Assembly (NCBI GenBank): GCA_028285365.1
Contig: JANQPS010001277.1
Span: 1-43,632 of the forward strand
Source: Thermoanaerobaculia bacterium
GTDB lineage: Bacteria > Acidobacteriota > Thermoanaerobaculia > Multivoradales > Multivoraceae
Direction: 5' to 3'
Length of the DNA: 43,632 nucleotides
Shown here: piece by piece, positions 43,503-43,632 of the stretch
Position numbering within the stretch: position 1 is the stretch's first letter
Layout: the number at the start of each line of letters is the position of its first letter
Notes under the pieces: generated by a model
Told to the model about the DNA's origin: nothing
Seen by the model: the letters and a program-made list of their open reading frames with translations, nothing else
The model's database searches: none
Position numbers and translations under genes: made by a program

Positions 43503-43632
43503 TTGGACCTCCCCGATTCATGGGCAACGACTCGCTCCAGGAAACTGCTCAGCTTCGCGTTGAAGAGCTCCGGCTTCTCCCAGTGCTCGGCATGCGAGTC
43601 CAGAGTCAGGATCTCGGCGGCTGGCGCATTGT
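43499..43632 (-). CDS. 3' end of an alpha/beta-hydrolase-fold gene (5' part outside the window)
   Basis: Not in the ORF track; translated by hand from the minus strand as ...NAPAAEILTLDSHAEHWEKPELFNAKLSSFLERVVAHESGRSK*. This resembles the catalytic-His C-terminus of alpha/beta hydrolases (H-x4-EKPE-x-F). The stop overlaps the next gene's GTG (GTGA, 43499-43502). Confidence 0.5.
   Translation of the reverse strand, partial: NAPAAEILTLDSHAEHWEKPELFNAKLSSFLERVVAHESGRSK

Noticed and set aside
1-43632. Mobile element, prophage or defence-island interpretation of the window
   Set aside because: I saw no integrase, transposase, recombinase, tRNA attachment site, terminal inverted repeats, restriction, Cas or Abi-type genes. 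The accessory character is that of a metal-homeostasis island.

Overview
This is a GC-rich bacterial chromosomal window (roughly two-thirds G+C by eye, not computed) with about 34 supportable genes. I saw no rRNA, tRNA, CRISPR, transposase, integrase or phage genes. Two ADOP-type duplicated MacB-like 'orphan' permeases, plus a TIGR02999/ECF43-like sigma factor paired with a Ser/Thr-kinase-TPR protein, suggest Acidobacteriota or a relative (inference). The left 9.8 kb holds a secreted 1822-aa RHS/YD-repeat protein, the kinase/ECF-sigma pair and an ankyrin-repeat protein. The remaining ~34 kb is an unusually dense metal-homeostasis island, most likely for zinc. It contains two Fur-family regulators and two COG0523 GTPase metallochaperones. 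It also has a ZrgABCD/PA4063-4066-like module: a His-rich periplasmic protein, a MacB-like ABC pair and two DUF3299 proteins, one fused to a MerC-like channel. Further components are a TonB-dependent receptor with two giant His/Asp/Glu loops, a FecBCDE-type importer flanked by the ADOP permeases, and two paralogous small His/Cys secreted proteins. The most novel-looking item is a poly-His metal permease covalently fused to an HflK-like SPFH module, followed by HflC-like and second HflK-like genes with no protease partner. Four independent short-period (13-16 bp) tandem repeat arrays sit on or next to gene boundaries. All functional calls rest on motif and domain recognition by eye from the translated ORFs; no database search or computation was run.
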